Of a stretch of DNA of 64,000 bases, positions 27,501 through 34,954 are shown in pieces (position 1 is the stretch's first letter; every line of letters begins with the position of its first letter). Source of the stretch: a virus; the IMG/VR virus record IMGVR_UViG_3300046804_004208, positions 1 through 64,000 of that record; one strand, 5' to 3'. Both the position numbers and the translations under genes were made by a program. The notes beneath the pieces were generated by a model that worked only from the letters and a program-made list of their open reading frames with translations, ran no database searches and was not told the origin of the DNA.

Positions 27501-28563
27501 TAATAAAAGATCTGAAAATGATTCAATATTCAGAATTCATCAAGTTAATGATTTAGTATACAAATATGAAATAAATGGAATTTCTCTTACAAGAATTAAT
27601 ACTGCACACAATATGCCTACAAATTCGTTATTGAAATCAATTAGAGATTTGGATAGATATCATATCGAATTTAATAGAGACGATAAACCTTTATTGAGTT
27701 TTATTGAAGAAAAAAGTTTTGGTGGATCTCACTGTCAAGCAACACAAAATTATCAATTCAATTCAATTATACCCCAATTTAATTTAATTTATCCAAATCA
27801 AACTAATGTTTTTGCATCATTGAGAACAGTTTCTGGAACAAGTTGTTCTGGAAATGAGACTTCTTTCTTAGATCAAGGGTTTGAAAGTGTAGAATTAAAT
27901 GCAGTAAATAATTTATCTTCTCCTAGAATGGTATGTTCAAGAATAAATGAACTTAATAATCTTTCTGATTCTGTATTTAAAAATAATAAATCATTAACAC
28001 TAGGAATTACTTTAGAAAGTGAATCCTCAAATGTTTCTCCAGTAATAGATACTTCAGAATCTGCTACATTTATTTTTATTAGAAACAGAATAAACAGTCC
28101 TGTAAAAAATTATGTTTCTGATTCTACATCTCATGATATCATATTTGATCCACATCAGTTCTGCTATGTTTCTAAAAAAATATCTCTAAAAAAACCGGCA
28201 ACTTCTTTAAAAGTTATTTTAAACGCTTATAGGAGTTCTCAAAATGAATTTAGAGTTTATTACAGATTATTTAAATCTGATTCTGATCAGATATCTCAAT
28301 CTTATAATCTTTTCCCAGGATATAATAATTTAAAAGATATTGATGGGGATAATATTGGAGATCTTATTATAGACACATCTCTAAATGATGGTCTTTCTGA
28401 TATATTTGTTAATCCAAGTACTTTTAATGAATTTTTAGAATATCAATATACTGCAAATGAATTAGAAGAGTTTAATGCATTTTCTATTAAAATAGTTGCA
28501 AATGGATCAAATGAAGCAGATACTCCAAGATTTACAGATATTAGAGCAATCGCATTAGCATAA
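21508..28563 (+). CDS. VrlC-like (DUF4815) large virion structural protein
   Basis: SPYYDDFD..KNYYRVLFKPGFPVQSRELTTLQSILQ N-terminus; NRRYTMRDVGKLE; ends DIRAIALA. Confidence 0.85.
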   Translation: MTQKTNLNISPYYDDFDQEKNYYRVLFKPGFPVQSRELTTLQSILQSQISSFANHIFKDGSVVIPGNISYDPNYYAVKLNPKHLGLDVGLYINELIGKKISGQTSGITAIVKNIITNSQSEEGYYTLYVKYLNSDTSFKINTFSDGETLITQDTFSYGNTSIVSGETICSLISLNSTATGSAVSISKGIYYVRGTFVNVDDYTLILDQYTNTPSYRIGLEVIEEIIDSQNDNSLYDNARGFANFSAPGSDRLKISTILNKKSLNDYNDKNFIEILRVTNGIVKKIQDTNTYSLIKEYIAKRTYEESGDYSLIPFDIEINNSLNDKISSDGLFFSEQKTDQGNTPNDNLLCVKVSPGKAYVRGFDIDKSSTSILDIEKPRDVEFIKTFGIPFEMGNLVKINNVSGTPLLGLDNNFYVNLQNQRKSSTTVGSGITIGNARIYSFSLADSSYSNQSSEWNLYLFDIQTYEVLTLNQPLNSSECPETSYVKGLSSGASGYVVSPPNGVEVTITQTSGTFSTGEQLEINGSKFLSRTVSAIKRYSIQDIKSLYQNKNITGLSTSFTADTVLQSKIGSNFSISDQIEISSSGIASCAGRNFVGIKSDTIIRYRRVGFLTETYNRIVSVSSDGLYASLAGVSTVNQVCDGGVPTTITNVPFTFGDPTILYSEKSSLYSPLGHKNISELDLSNSNLKLTKQIKGKSSGSLGSLSIGLADVGLTSSFYEPYDSERYSIFYEDGSIENLSNNNVSLDPGLSLVTFSGLKPNQNNITINTTIQKNSIISKQKLYVRSEKLEVNKISSAVLTSISGLSTSNYYGLRVDDKEISLNVPDVSKIVAIYESLNTSSPVLDKLSFNTSLNLDSSSILGEQIIGSSSGAIGQLVTKYSSSEIEFVYLNTNKFINGETVRFQESNIVGSIQFITVGNYLDRTQDYILDNGQKEQYYDYSKLIRKNNFSIPTKKLLIIYDCYQVPSNDSGDLYTVQSYGKERYNKDVPILNNNTRLSDVIDFRPRVSKFTNSSSSPFAFTSRDFSISGLNPTIILSPNESANIGYYYYLPRIDKLVLNKNGNFSLVKGISSINPKIPSSIDESMDIATIELPAYLYNTSDAKVKLIDNRRYTMRDVGKLEQRIENLENLSSLSLLEIDTKSLEIKDSDGFSKFKCGFFADGFKNTSFIDVENGISKFSINNNLEELESDISLYSLKSEISLSSATNIENADFSADLTLSDPNVKKTGDLITLNYAEVDWVDISQNFATKEESINPFSNVNYNGNIRLYPSSDTWVKTVLSETGSIVRSENDWKNTYISNLVTGSQYSDYTRSRNVEFSASGLIPKTQYYSFLDGNTNIDVIPKLLQISMSSGIFQTGEDVNGYIGNELVCCFRLATQTHKYGLYNSPSEVYSENPYNPAASFTNYSSSSTILNIDTKSLSDNSSGKYFGYTPTGMVLIGKTSKAQATVIPQSLISDSFGDLIGCFYIRNPLSNPTPPVLFKRNSKSFRLSSSSTNSSSISISYTETTFFASGILNSSTYSESISVRKSPPALPLNALRKDPFSQTFRTDNDGGFLTSVDLFFSNKDSAEKLFVEIRECDIGGVPKDQLVQDFARVEVLPSQIAVSSDASVPTNIKFKSPIYLQPNKQYAISIFCPTSSNYKVWIAESNNPTVTTSSLPAVLQTIYSNNYTGGHLFKPQNGSVWNSSLSEDLCFKFKKAQFVSKSGTIYFHNPSLSIGSTHGRYDSNIQNLIKNPLKALPRKLVVGIITSSNISNVLSVGTKVLEGTNFGYIEKIGGNIGIITSTNTGIGYSNGSFTSVPLYTITGSGNGATANITFINSKVSTVSIANTGSGYVVGDVLGITTSAVNKGKGATITVSSTINSDTLYLTNVQGQSFTQGNVISYYDGSTNVSLSGTTVRGQTYVEDDLYTGNVFEVTQYNHSMHSDNNILSISGVFPDTIPELLTASLPSTTLTISVANTANFVNFEGSQVSGSNLGYVLINNEIISYSGITVGGLTINKRSENDSIFRIHQVNDLVYKYEINGISLTRINTAHNMPTNSLLKSIRDLDRYHIEFNRDDKPLLSFIEEKSFGGSHCQATQNYQFNSIIPQFNLIYPNQTNVFASLRTVSGTSCSGNETSFLDQGFESVELNAVNNLSSPRMVCSRINELNNLSDSVFKNNKSLTLGITLESESSNVSPVIDTSESATFIFIRNRINSPVKNYVSDSTSHDIIFDPHQFCYVSKKISLKKPATSLKVILNAYRSSQNEFRVYYRLFKSDSDQISQSYNLFPGYNNLKDIDGDNIGDLIIDTSLNDGLSDIFVNPSTFNEFLEYQYTANELEEFNAFSIKIVANGSNEADTPRFTDIRAIALA

Positions 28564-28775
28564 TGTTAAAAATAGAAGGACATGGAAATTTATTTAGAGA
28601 TGAAAATAATAATGCAATTATAAATTGCAATGATTTTGAATATGAGGAATATATTAAACTAAAAAATGAAAGAAAAAATAAAAAAAATGAAATAAAAGAA
28701 TTGAAGAAAGAAGTAAATTACCTTAAATCTTTAGTAGAGGAACTTATCAATGAAACCAGAAGAAATCAAAATTGA
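28563..28775 (+). CDS. Small hypothetical protein with C-terminal coiled coil
   Basis: KIEGHGNLFRD...AIIN then a K/E-rich helix; overlaps the VrlC stop. Confidence 0.75.
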   Translation: MLKIEGHGNLFRDENNNAIINCNDFEYEEYIKLKNERKNKKNEIKELKKEVNYLKSLVEELINETRRNQN

Positions 28776-28920
28776 AAGTATTGATAAACTTTTCGAATAT
28801 GAAAAACATTGTAGAATAATTGAAGAGTTGGATTTTAATGATCTTAAAAATTTTGCTAAACTTTATTGCAAACTTTATTTAAAGCAACAAGAAGTTATTT
28901 CTTCTCTAGGGGCATTGTAG
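28750..28920 (+). CDS. Small helical protein, possibly NblA-like (not in ORF track)
   Basis: MKPEEIKIESIDKLFEYEKHCRIIEELDFNDLKNFAKLYCKLYLKQQEVISSLGAL*; size and two-helix pattern resemble NblA. Confidence 0.5.
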   Translation: MKPEEIKIESIDKLFEYEKHCRIIEELDFNDLKNFAKLYCKLYLKQQEVISSLGAL

Positions 28921-28928
28921 TATAAATA
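28921..28928 (+). promoter_or_regulatory. Late promoter TATAAATA
   Basis: Exact consensus. Confidence 0.75.
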
Positions 28929-28961
28929 TAGTTTAGGTAATTAAAAATTGGAGGATACCTT

Positions 28962-29120
28962 ATGTCTAGTGAAATTGACATTAATTCATTAGTAACAATC
29001 TATAATCAAAAAATTTCTTCACTAATTAATGAAAATATTATTTTGGAGGCAAAATTACTTCTTTTGGATAAAGAATTAAGAGAAACAAAGAAGTTATTTG
29101 AAGAAAGTAATAAAAAATAA
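28962..29120 (+). CDS. 52-aa coiled-coil protein (not in ORF track)
   Basis: GGAGG SD; MSSEIDINSLVTIYNQKISSLINENIILEAKL... Confidence 0.7.
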   Translation: MSSEIDINSLVTIYNQKISSLINENIILEAKLLLLDKELRETKKLFEESNKK

Positions 29121-29154
29121 GTATCAATATAGTAAACAATTATAGGTCATATTA

Positions 29155-30000
29155 ATGGCAAAACCATCAAGTAGACAAGAATTAATTGATTATTGTCTTA
29201 GACGCTTGGGTGCTCCAGTATTGGAAATAAACATAGATGATGATCAAATAGATGATCTTGTCGATGATGCCTTACAATATTTCAATGAAAGGCATTTTGA
29301 TGGAGTTGAAAAAATGTTTTTGAAGTATAAAATAACAGAAGATGATATTAATAGAGGTAAAGGATCTATATCAAATGGATCTGGTGTTGGAGTAACTACT
29401 ACCACTGCGACTACTTCTATAAATGGGGTTCCAACCTCATTTAACTTTTATGAATCTTCAAATTATATTCAAGTTCCAGACTCTATAATAGGAATAGAAA
29501 AAATTTTTAAATTTGATACTAGTGATATTTCTGGAGGAATGTTTAGTATCAAATATCAATTATTTTTGAATGATTTATATTATTTTAATTCAGTTGAACT
29601 TTTACAGTATTCAATGGTTAAATCATATCTTGAAGATATTGATTTTCTTTTAAAAACGGATAAACAAATTAGATTTAATAAAAGGCAAAATAGATTATAT
29701 TTAGATATTGAATGGTCAGCACAAAAAAAGGATACTTATTTAATAATAGAGTGTTATAGAATTTTAGATCCGAATGATTTTACAAAAGTATACAATGATA
29801 GCTTTCTAAAAAAATATTTAACTTCTTTAATTAAAAAGCAATGGGGACAAAATTTAATTAAGTTTAGAGGTGTTAAACTTCCGGGAGGAATTGAATTGAA
29901 TGGGAGAGAAATTTATGAAGATGCTTTACGAGAGTTAGAAGATATCAAAAATAGTATGGTTCTTGAATATGAATTACCACCTCTAGATTTTATAGGATAA
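29155..30000 (+). CDS. gp13: Neck protein gp13
   Basis: YCLRRLGAPVLEINI, QWGQNLIKF..LPGGIELNG. Confidence 0.93.
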   Translation: MAKPSSRQELIDYCLRRLGAPVLEINIDDDQIDDLVDDALQYFNERHFDGVEKMFLKYKITEDDINRGKGSISNGSGVGVTTTTATTSINGVPTSFNFYESSNYIQVPDSIIGIEKIFKFDTSDISGGMFSIKYQLFLNDLYYFNSVELLQYSMVKSYLEDIDFLLKTDKQIRFNKRQNRLYLDIEWSAQKKDTYLIIECYRILDPNDFTKVYNDSFLKKYLTSLIKKQWGQNLIKFRGVKLPGGIELNGREIYEDALRELEDIKNSMVLEYELPPLDFIG

Positions 30001-31391
30001 TGGCACTAAATCCATTTTTTATACAAGGGTCTAAATCTGAACAAAGATTAATTCAGAATTTAGTTAACGAACAATTAAAAATATATGGGGTTGAAGTTAC
30101 TTATATTCCCAGAAAATTTGTAAGAAGAGATAGAATACTCAGAGAAATTACTTCTTCCAAGTTTGATGATAGTTTTTTAATAGAAGCATATGTAAATAAC
30201 TATGATGGTTATGGTGGTGCGGGAGATATTTTAACCAAATTTGGAATGTCTTTAAGGGATGAATTATCCCTTGTAATTTCAAGAGAAGTTTTTGAAAACT
30301 TTATTGCACCATTTTTAAAATCAGAAAATGATGATGAGATTCCGGAAGAAGTTTCTCATAGACCTAAAGAGGGTGATTTAATTTATTTTCCTTTAGGAAA
30401 AAGATTATTTGAGGTAAAATTTGTTGAACATGAGCAACCTTTTTATCAATTAGGTAAAAATTATGTGTATGAATTAAAATGTGAATTATTTGAGTATGAA
30501 GATGAAATTCTTGATACAACTATTGAAGAAATTGATGATCTTTCGGAAGGTTCTATTACTACTTTAAATTTATTAGGTATAGGAAAAACTGCCCTTGCTT
30601 CTGCTACAATTGGAACAGGATATGTTAGAGAAATATTCATTAATAATGACGGAAGTAAGTACAAATATACACCAACAATAACATTTTCTCCTTCTCCAGT
30701 TAGTGGTGGAACTGCTATCGGAATTGGAATTTTAACCACAGTCGGCGGTGTTACTTCCCTAGAAAAAATTCTTTTAACTAGTTCTGGATATGGATATACA
30801 GAAGCACCTACAATAAAAATTACTGATGGTGGTGGGTCTGGCGCTGCAGCAACTTGTTCTATAGAAACTGTTCGTAGTGGAGTTACCTCAATAACTGTAA
30901 CAGATTTGGGAGATGGTTATCCTATCAATCCATTGATTATTTTATCAACTCCACTGGATGAAGTTGGATATGGAATTACTGCTACTGCAGTTTCATTTAT
31001 AAATAATGAAACTAATTCTCTGTCTTCAATAAAAATATCCAATCCTGGTATTGGATATTCTCAAGCACCTATAGTTACTGTTACAAATCCACCATTAATA
31101 ACAGGAATAGGAACTTATTTGTTTAATGAAATAGTTATTGGATCTCAATCTGGAGCAAAAGGAAGAGTTAAATCTTGGAATGCAGTTACTGGAGAACTAA
31201 AAATTTCAGTAACAGATGGAAAATTTACTCCAGGTGAGACTGTTGTTGGATATGCTTCTTCAGCAATTTATACAATAGATACATATGATAGAAAAACAAT
31301 ATCTGATAAATATAGTCAAAACGATGAGATTGAAGAAGAAGCAGATCTCATATTAGATTTTTCACAGTCAAATCCATTTGGTGTCTATTGA
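30000..31391 (+). CDS. gp14: Neck protein gp14 with inserted beta-repeat region
   Basis: EQRLIQNLVNEQLKIYG, RPKEGDLIYFP, EHEQPFYQLGK, DFSQSNPFG. Confidence 0.9.
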   Translation: MALNPFFIQGSKSEQRLIQNLVNEQLKIYGVEVTYIPRKFVRRDRILREITSSKFDDSFLIEAYVNNYDGYGGAGDILTKFGMSLRDELSLVISREVFENFIAPFLKSENDDEIPEEVSHRPKEGDLIYFPLGKRLFEVKFVEHEQPFYQLGKNYVYELKCELFEYEDEILDTTIEEIDDLSEGSITTLNLLGIGKTALASATIGTGYVREIFINNDGSKYKYTPTITFSPSPVSGGTAIGIGILTTVGGVTSLEKILLTSSGYGYTEAPTIKITDGGGSGAAATCSIETVRSGVTSITVTDLGDGYPINPLIILSTPLDEVGYGITATAVSFINNETNSLSSIKISNPGIGYSQAPIVTVTNPPLITGIGTYLFNEIVIGSQSGAKGRVKSWNAVTGELKISVTDGKFTPGETVVGYASSAIYTIDTYDRKTISDKYSQNDEIEEEADLILDFSQSNPFGVY

Positions 31392-32437
31392 TGTTAGGAA
31401 CTTATTTTTATCACGAAATTATTCGCAAAACAGTTGTTTCATTTGGAACTGTTTTTAATCAGATTTATATTAAGCACAAAGATGCTAATTCCGATGTTAT
31501 TAGTGACATGAGAGTTCCTCTTGCATATGGTCCTATGCAAAAGTTCTTAGCTAGAATAGAACAACAACCAGATTTGAATAAACCCATTCAAATCACATTA
31601 CCTAGAATGTCATTTGAATTGAACGGTATTGAATATGATCCAACAAGAAAAAGTACTGTGACTCAAACGTTTTCGTCTGTTGGATCTAACGATAAGATAA
31701 GAAAGGTATATATGCCCGTTCCTTATAATTTAAGGTTTGAATTGAATATTTTAACTAAAATAAATGATGATATGCTTCAAATAATTGAACAGATATTACC
31801 ATTTTTTCAACCTTCTTTTTCATTGACAGTTGATTTAATAGATTCTATTGGAGAAAAAAAGGATATTGCAATTGTTTTGGACAGTATTAATATTCAAGAT
31901 GATTACGAAGGAGATTTAACTACTAGGAGGGCATTGATTTATACATTACAGTTTACAGCTAAAACCTTTATGTTTGGTCCAATTGCGGACGATCCTGAAG
32001 GTCTTATTCGCAAAGTTCAAGTTGATTACTATTCGACTACAAATACAAATACTGCTAAAAGAGAGGTAAGATATATTGTTACACCAACTGCTAAAAAAGA
32101 CTATGATTCAGATTCCTCGGCGTCTTTACAAGAAGATATAAATCTTTCAGAACAAAATTTAAATTTAAATGATGCTTCGGCAATTTCTTCTGGAGATAGA
32201 ATTATTATTGATAGTGAAATTATGTATGTAAAATCAAAATCAGGAAACATGATAATTGTCAAAAGAGGATATGATAATACTAAATCTTCTGAGCATAGTG
32301 CAGGAACAGAAATTAATATTTTATCTTCAGTTGACAATTCACAAATAGTTCCTGGAGATGATTTTGGGTTTAGTGAAGAAACAACATTTTTTACTGATGG
32401 TTCAACATACAGTCCTACTAGAAAAATTGATATATAA
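31391..32437 (+). CDS. gp15: Tail sheath stabilizer / terminator gp15
   Basis: YFYHEIIRK, VPLAYGP, LPRMSFE, EQILPFFQP. Confidence 0.92.
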   Translation: MLGTYFYHEIIRKTVVSFGTVFNQIYIKHKDANSDVISDMRVPLAYGPMQKFLARIEQQPDLNKPIQITLPRMSFELNGIEYDPTRKSTVTQTFSSVGSNDKIRKVYMPVPYNLRFELNILTKINDDMLQIIEQILPFFQPSFSLTVDLIDSIGEKKDIAIVLDSINIQDDYEGDLTTRRALIYTLQFTAKTFMFGPIADDPEGLIRKVQVDYYSTTNTNTAKREVRYIVTPTAKKDYDSDSSASLQEDINLSEQNLNLNDASAISSGDRIIIDSEIMYVKSKSGNMIIVKRGYDNTKSSEHSAGTEINILSSVDNSQIVPGDDFGFSEETTFFTDGSTYSPTRKIDI

Positions 32438-32441
32438 TACC

Positions 32442-32867
32442 ATGGCCGATAACTTTAAATCTATTGGAAAAAGTCTTAATGTAGACAATCAATTTTCAGA
32501 TTCAAATATTATAAAATCTTCAGAAAATATTGATATTGTTAAAAATGAAGATAATGATGTACAAAAAGATTATGAGTATACTAGGGCAAATTTATACTCA
32601 TTAATAGAAAAGGGTCAAGAAGCAATAAATGGAATTATGGAATTAGCGGGCGAAGGAGGTAGCCCAAGAGCATATGAAGTTGCTGGACAATTAATAAAAA
32701 ATGTAGCAGATACTACAGATAAACTTATAGATTTGCAAAAGAAATTAAAAGAAGTTTCTAATGAAACTATTAAAACAACAAATGTTACAAATAACGCACT
32801 ATTTGTTGGATCAACATCAGAACTATCAAAATTATTAAAACAAGGTTTTCTAAATAATAAAGAGTAA
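32442..32867 (+). CDS. gp16: Terminase small subunit gp16
   Basis: DYEYTRANL, SPRAYEV, NNALFVGSTSEL; ATG 32442 likelier than the track start. Confidence 0.9.
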   Translation: MADNFKSIGKSLNVDNQFSDSNIIKSSENIDIVKNEDNDVQKDYEYTRANLYSLIEKGQEAINGIMELAGEGGSPRAYEVAGQLIKNVADTTDKLIDLQKKLKEVSNETIKTTNVTNNALFVGSTSELSKLLKQGFLNNKE

Positions 32868-32880
32868 ATGTATATTTTTA

Positions 32881-34641
32881 ATGAGTTGGTCTAAGGATTA
32901 TAAGAAATCAATAGACTGTGATAATCCAAGAGGATTTTCACAGAGATCTCATTGTGCGGCTCGTAGAAAAAGAAAAAGAGGTGAAGAAACTAGATCTAAA
33001 TCACTTTTTAGTGAGGGAACTTTGCATCATTGGTATCAAGGATCTGAATCTGAAGGAGGAAAACCAGGTTGGGTTCAATCTGATGGTTCTCCATGTGCAA
33101 ATGAACCAGGAGAAACTAAAACTCCTAAATGTTTTAGTAGTGGAAGATTGAGAGCATTAAAAAGAAAAGGAAAAAAAGGTCTTTCATTAATTAAATCAGC
33201 AGTTCGTCGTAAGCGTCAAAAAGATAAAGGACAACAAGAAAAATCCGGAGCAGCAGCACCCACAAATGTTCCAACCTTTGCAAAAGGTAAAAAAGATAAA
33301 AATTACGTTAAATCTGAACCAGGAATTAAGGAATCAATGGAACTTAACGAAGCAAAAAAAGATAGACCAGGTAAAGGTAGTGGTACAAAAGACGCTTGTT
33401 ATCATAAGGTAAAATCAAGATATGATGTTTGGCCAAGTGCTTATGCATCTGGAGCACTTGTTAAATGTCGTAAAGTTGGTGCTGCAAATTGGGGAACCAA
33501 AACAGAAGAAGCAACAACATCTTTAAATTATGATTGGGATACGCCAATTCGTGAAAGACCTGATAGATATTGTCCAAAATGCGAAAAATTAGAATTAAGA
33601 CATGAATGTAAATATGGTCCAAAATATTGGGATTTATATTCATTACCGGCAGAAATAATTCAAAATAAAAAAGATTATAGTGTAACTATGCCATATGCAG
33701 TACCAAATTCAGTTTCAGTTTCACCATCATTATCTTTAAATCAAATGAGATATAATTCAACTAGACCTCATCCCGCAAATGAAGAAAAAGATCACGAGTA
33801 TTCAATGGCTCGTTCTGAACTTTCTACTATCATTTCGGCAGCAAAAAGATTAAAGAAAAAAATGAAGGGTGAAGGCGGAATTGAGGCATGGGTTCAATCA
33901 AAAATTACAAAAGCAGCAGATTATATTGATACTGCAGCAGACTACTTGGAAAGTGGAGAACATAAGATAGAATCTGTTTCTATTGAAGATTCTAATGGAA
34001 GGCACTACGCAGAATTTATTGATATAATTAAGGTAGAACCACTAAAGCCCTCAAGAGGTATAGGTAGTAGACTTCTTGGAGAAGGATCTAAAAAATGCTG
34101 GAAGGGATATGAAAAAAAGGGATCACAAGAGATATTTGGGAAAAGATATAATAGATGTGTTAAAAGCGAAGAGTACTCGGATTGGAGGAAAGAATTATTT
34201 GAGCAGGGAAATTATATAATGCCTAGTGCAAGTCAATCTGGTGCTTATTCGGGTGGAATCAAAGGACGTGCTTATAAAGTAGGAGACACAATTCCGACGA
34301 GTGCTACAAAACCAAAACCACAATTAAATTTAAAGGCAATTAGAGATGCTGGTGATAAGTATGGAAAAACAACATTTAATGAAGACTGGCAATCAGCAAA
34401 TCGTAAAGATAGAACTGATGGAATGAGTCGTAAAACAGTTAAAAAATATCGTGATGAAAATCCAGGTTCAAAACTTCAGACTGCAGTAACTGAGAAGAAA
34501 CCAACAGGAAAAAGAGCAAAGCGTCGTGCAAACTTCTGCCGTCGTATGAAAGGCATGAAGTCAAAACTGACTTCTGCAAAAACTGCAAGAGATCCTGATT
34601 CAAGAATTAACAAAGCACTACGTCGTTGGAACTGTAACTAA
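32881..34641 (+). CDS. Modular basic protein (putative internal head polyprotein)
   Basis: Concatenated short Lys/Arg/Cys-rich modules separated by xxE motifs. Confidence 0.6.
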   Translation: MSWSKDYKKSIDCDNPRGFSQRSHCAARRKRKRGEETRSKSLFSEGTLHHWYQGSESEGGKPGWVQSDGSPCANEPGETKTPKCFSSGRLRALKRKGKKGLSLIKSAVRRKRQKDKGQQEKSGAAAPTNVPTFAKGKKDKNYVKSEPGIKESMELNEAKKDRPGKGSGTKDACYHKVKSRYDVWPSAYASGALVKCRKVGAANWGTKTEEATTSLNYDWDTPIRERPDRYCPKCEKLELRHECKYGPKYWDLYSLPAEIIQNKKDYSVTMPYAVPNSVSVSPSLSLNQMRYNSTRPHPANEEKDHEYSMARSELSTIISAAKRLKKKMKGEGGIEAWVQSKITKAADYIDTAADYLESGEHKIESVSIEDSNGRHYAEFIDIIKVEPLKPSRGIGSRLLGEGSKKCWKGYEKKGSQEIFGKRYNRCVKSEEYSDWRKELFEQGNYIMPSASQSGAYSGGIKGRAYKVGDTIPTSATKPKPQLNLKAIRDAGDKYGKTTFNEDWQSANRKDRTDGMSRKTVKKYRDENPGSKLQTAVTEKKPTGKRAKRRANFCRRMKGMKSKLTSAKTARDPDSRINKALRRWNCN

Positions 34642-34642
34642 A

Positions 34643-34951
34643 ATGAAATCCTTTCAACAGTTTATTTCAGAAAGTATCACTATCAATGGTGATTTCAATG
34701 GAACTCTAAATGTAGGTTCCTCTCAACCAGAACAAGCAACCGAGTCTTTCTTTGCCGACGTTGTTTGGGAAGGGAAGATGTATCGTTTGGAAGTGGAAGG
34801 CAAGATGCTTTCTAAGAATGAACTCGCAGAACAAATTCAAGGGGAATATCCTGGCGCAATTGTTCATAATGTTTATCCTTCTCAAGTAAATACTTCAAGA
34901 ATCAAAAACGCACAGAGATACCAACCAGAAAGATTATCGTGGAGTGAATGA
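34643..34951 (+). CDS. Protein with T4-like capsid targeting sequence
   Basis: N-terminus MKSFQQFISE resembles T4 internal-protein MKTYQEFIAE. Confidence 0.65.
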   Translation: MKSFQQFISESITINGDFNGTLNVGSSQPEQATESFFADVVWEGKMYRLEVEGKMLSKNELAEQIQGEYPGAIVHNVYPSQVNTSRIKNAQRYQPERLSWSE

Positions 34952-34954
34952 TTA

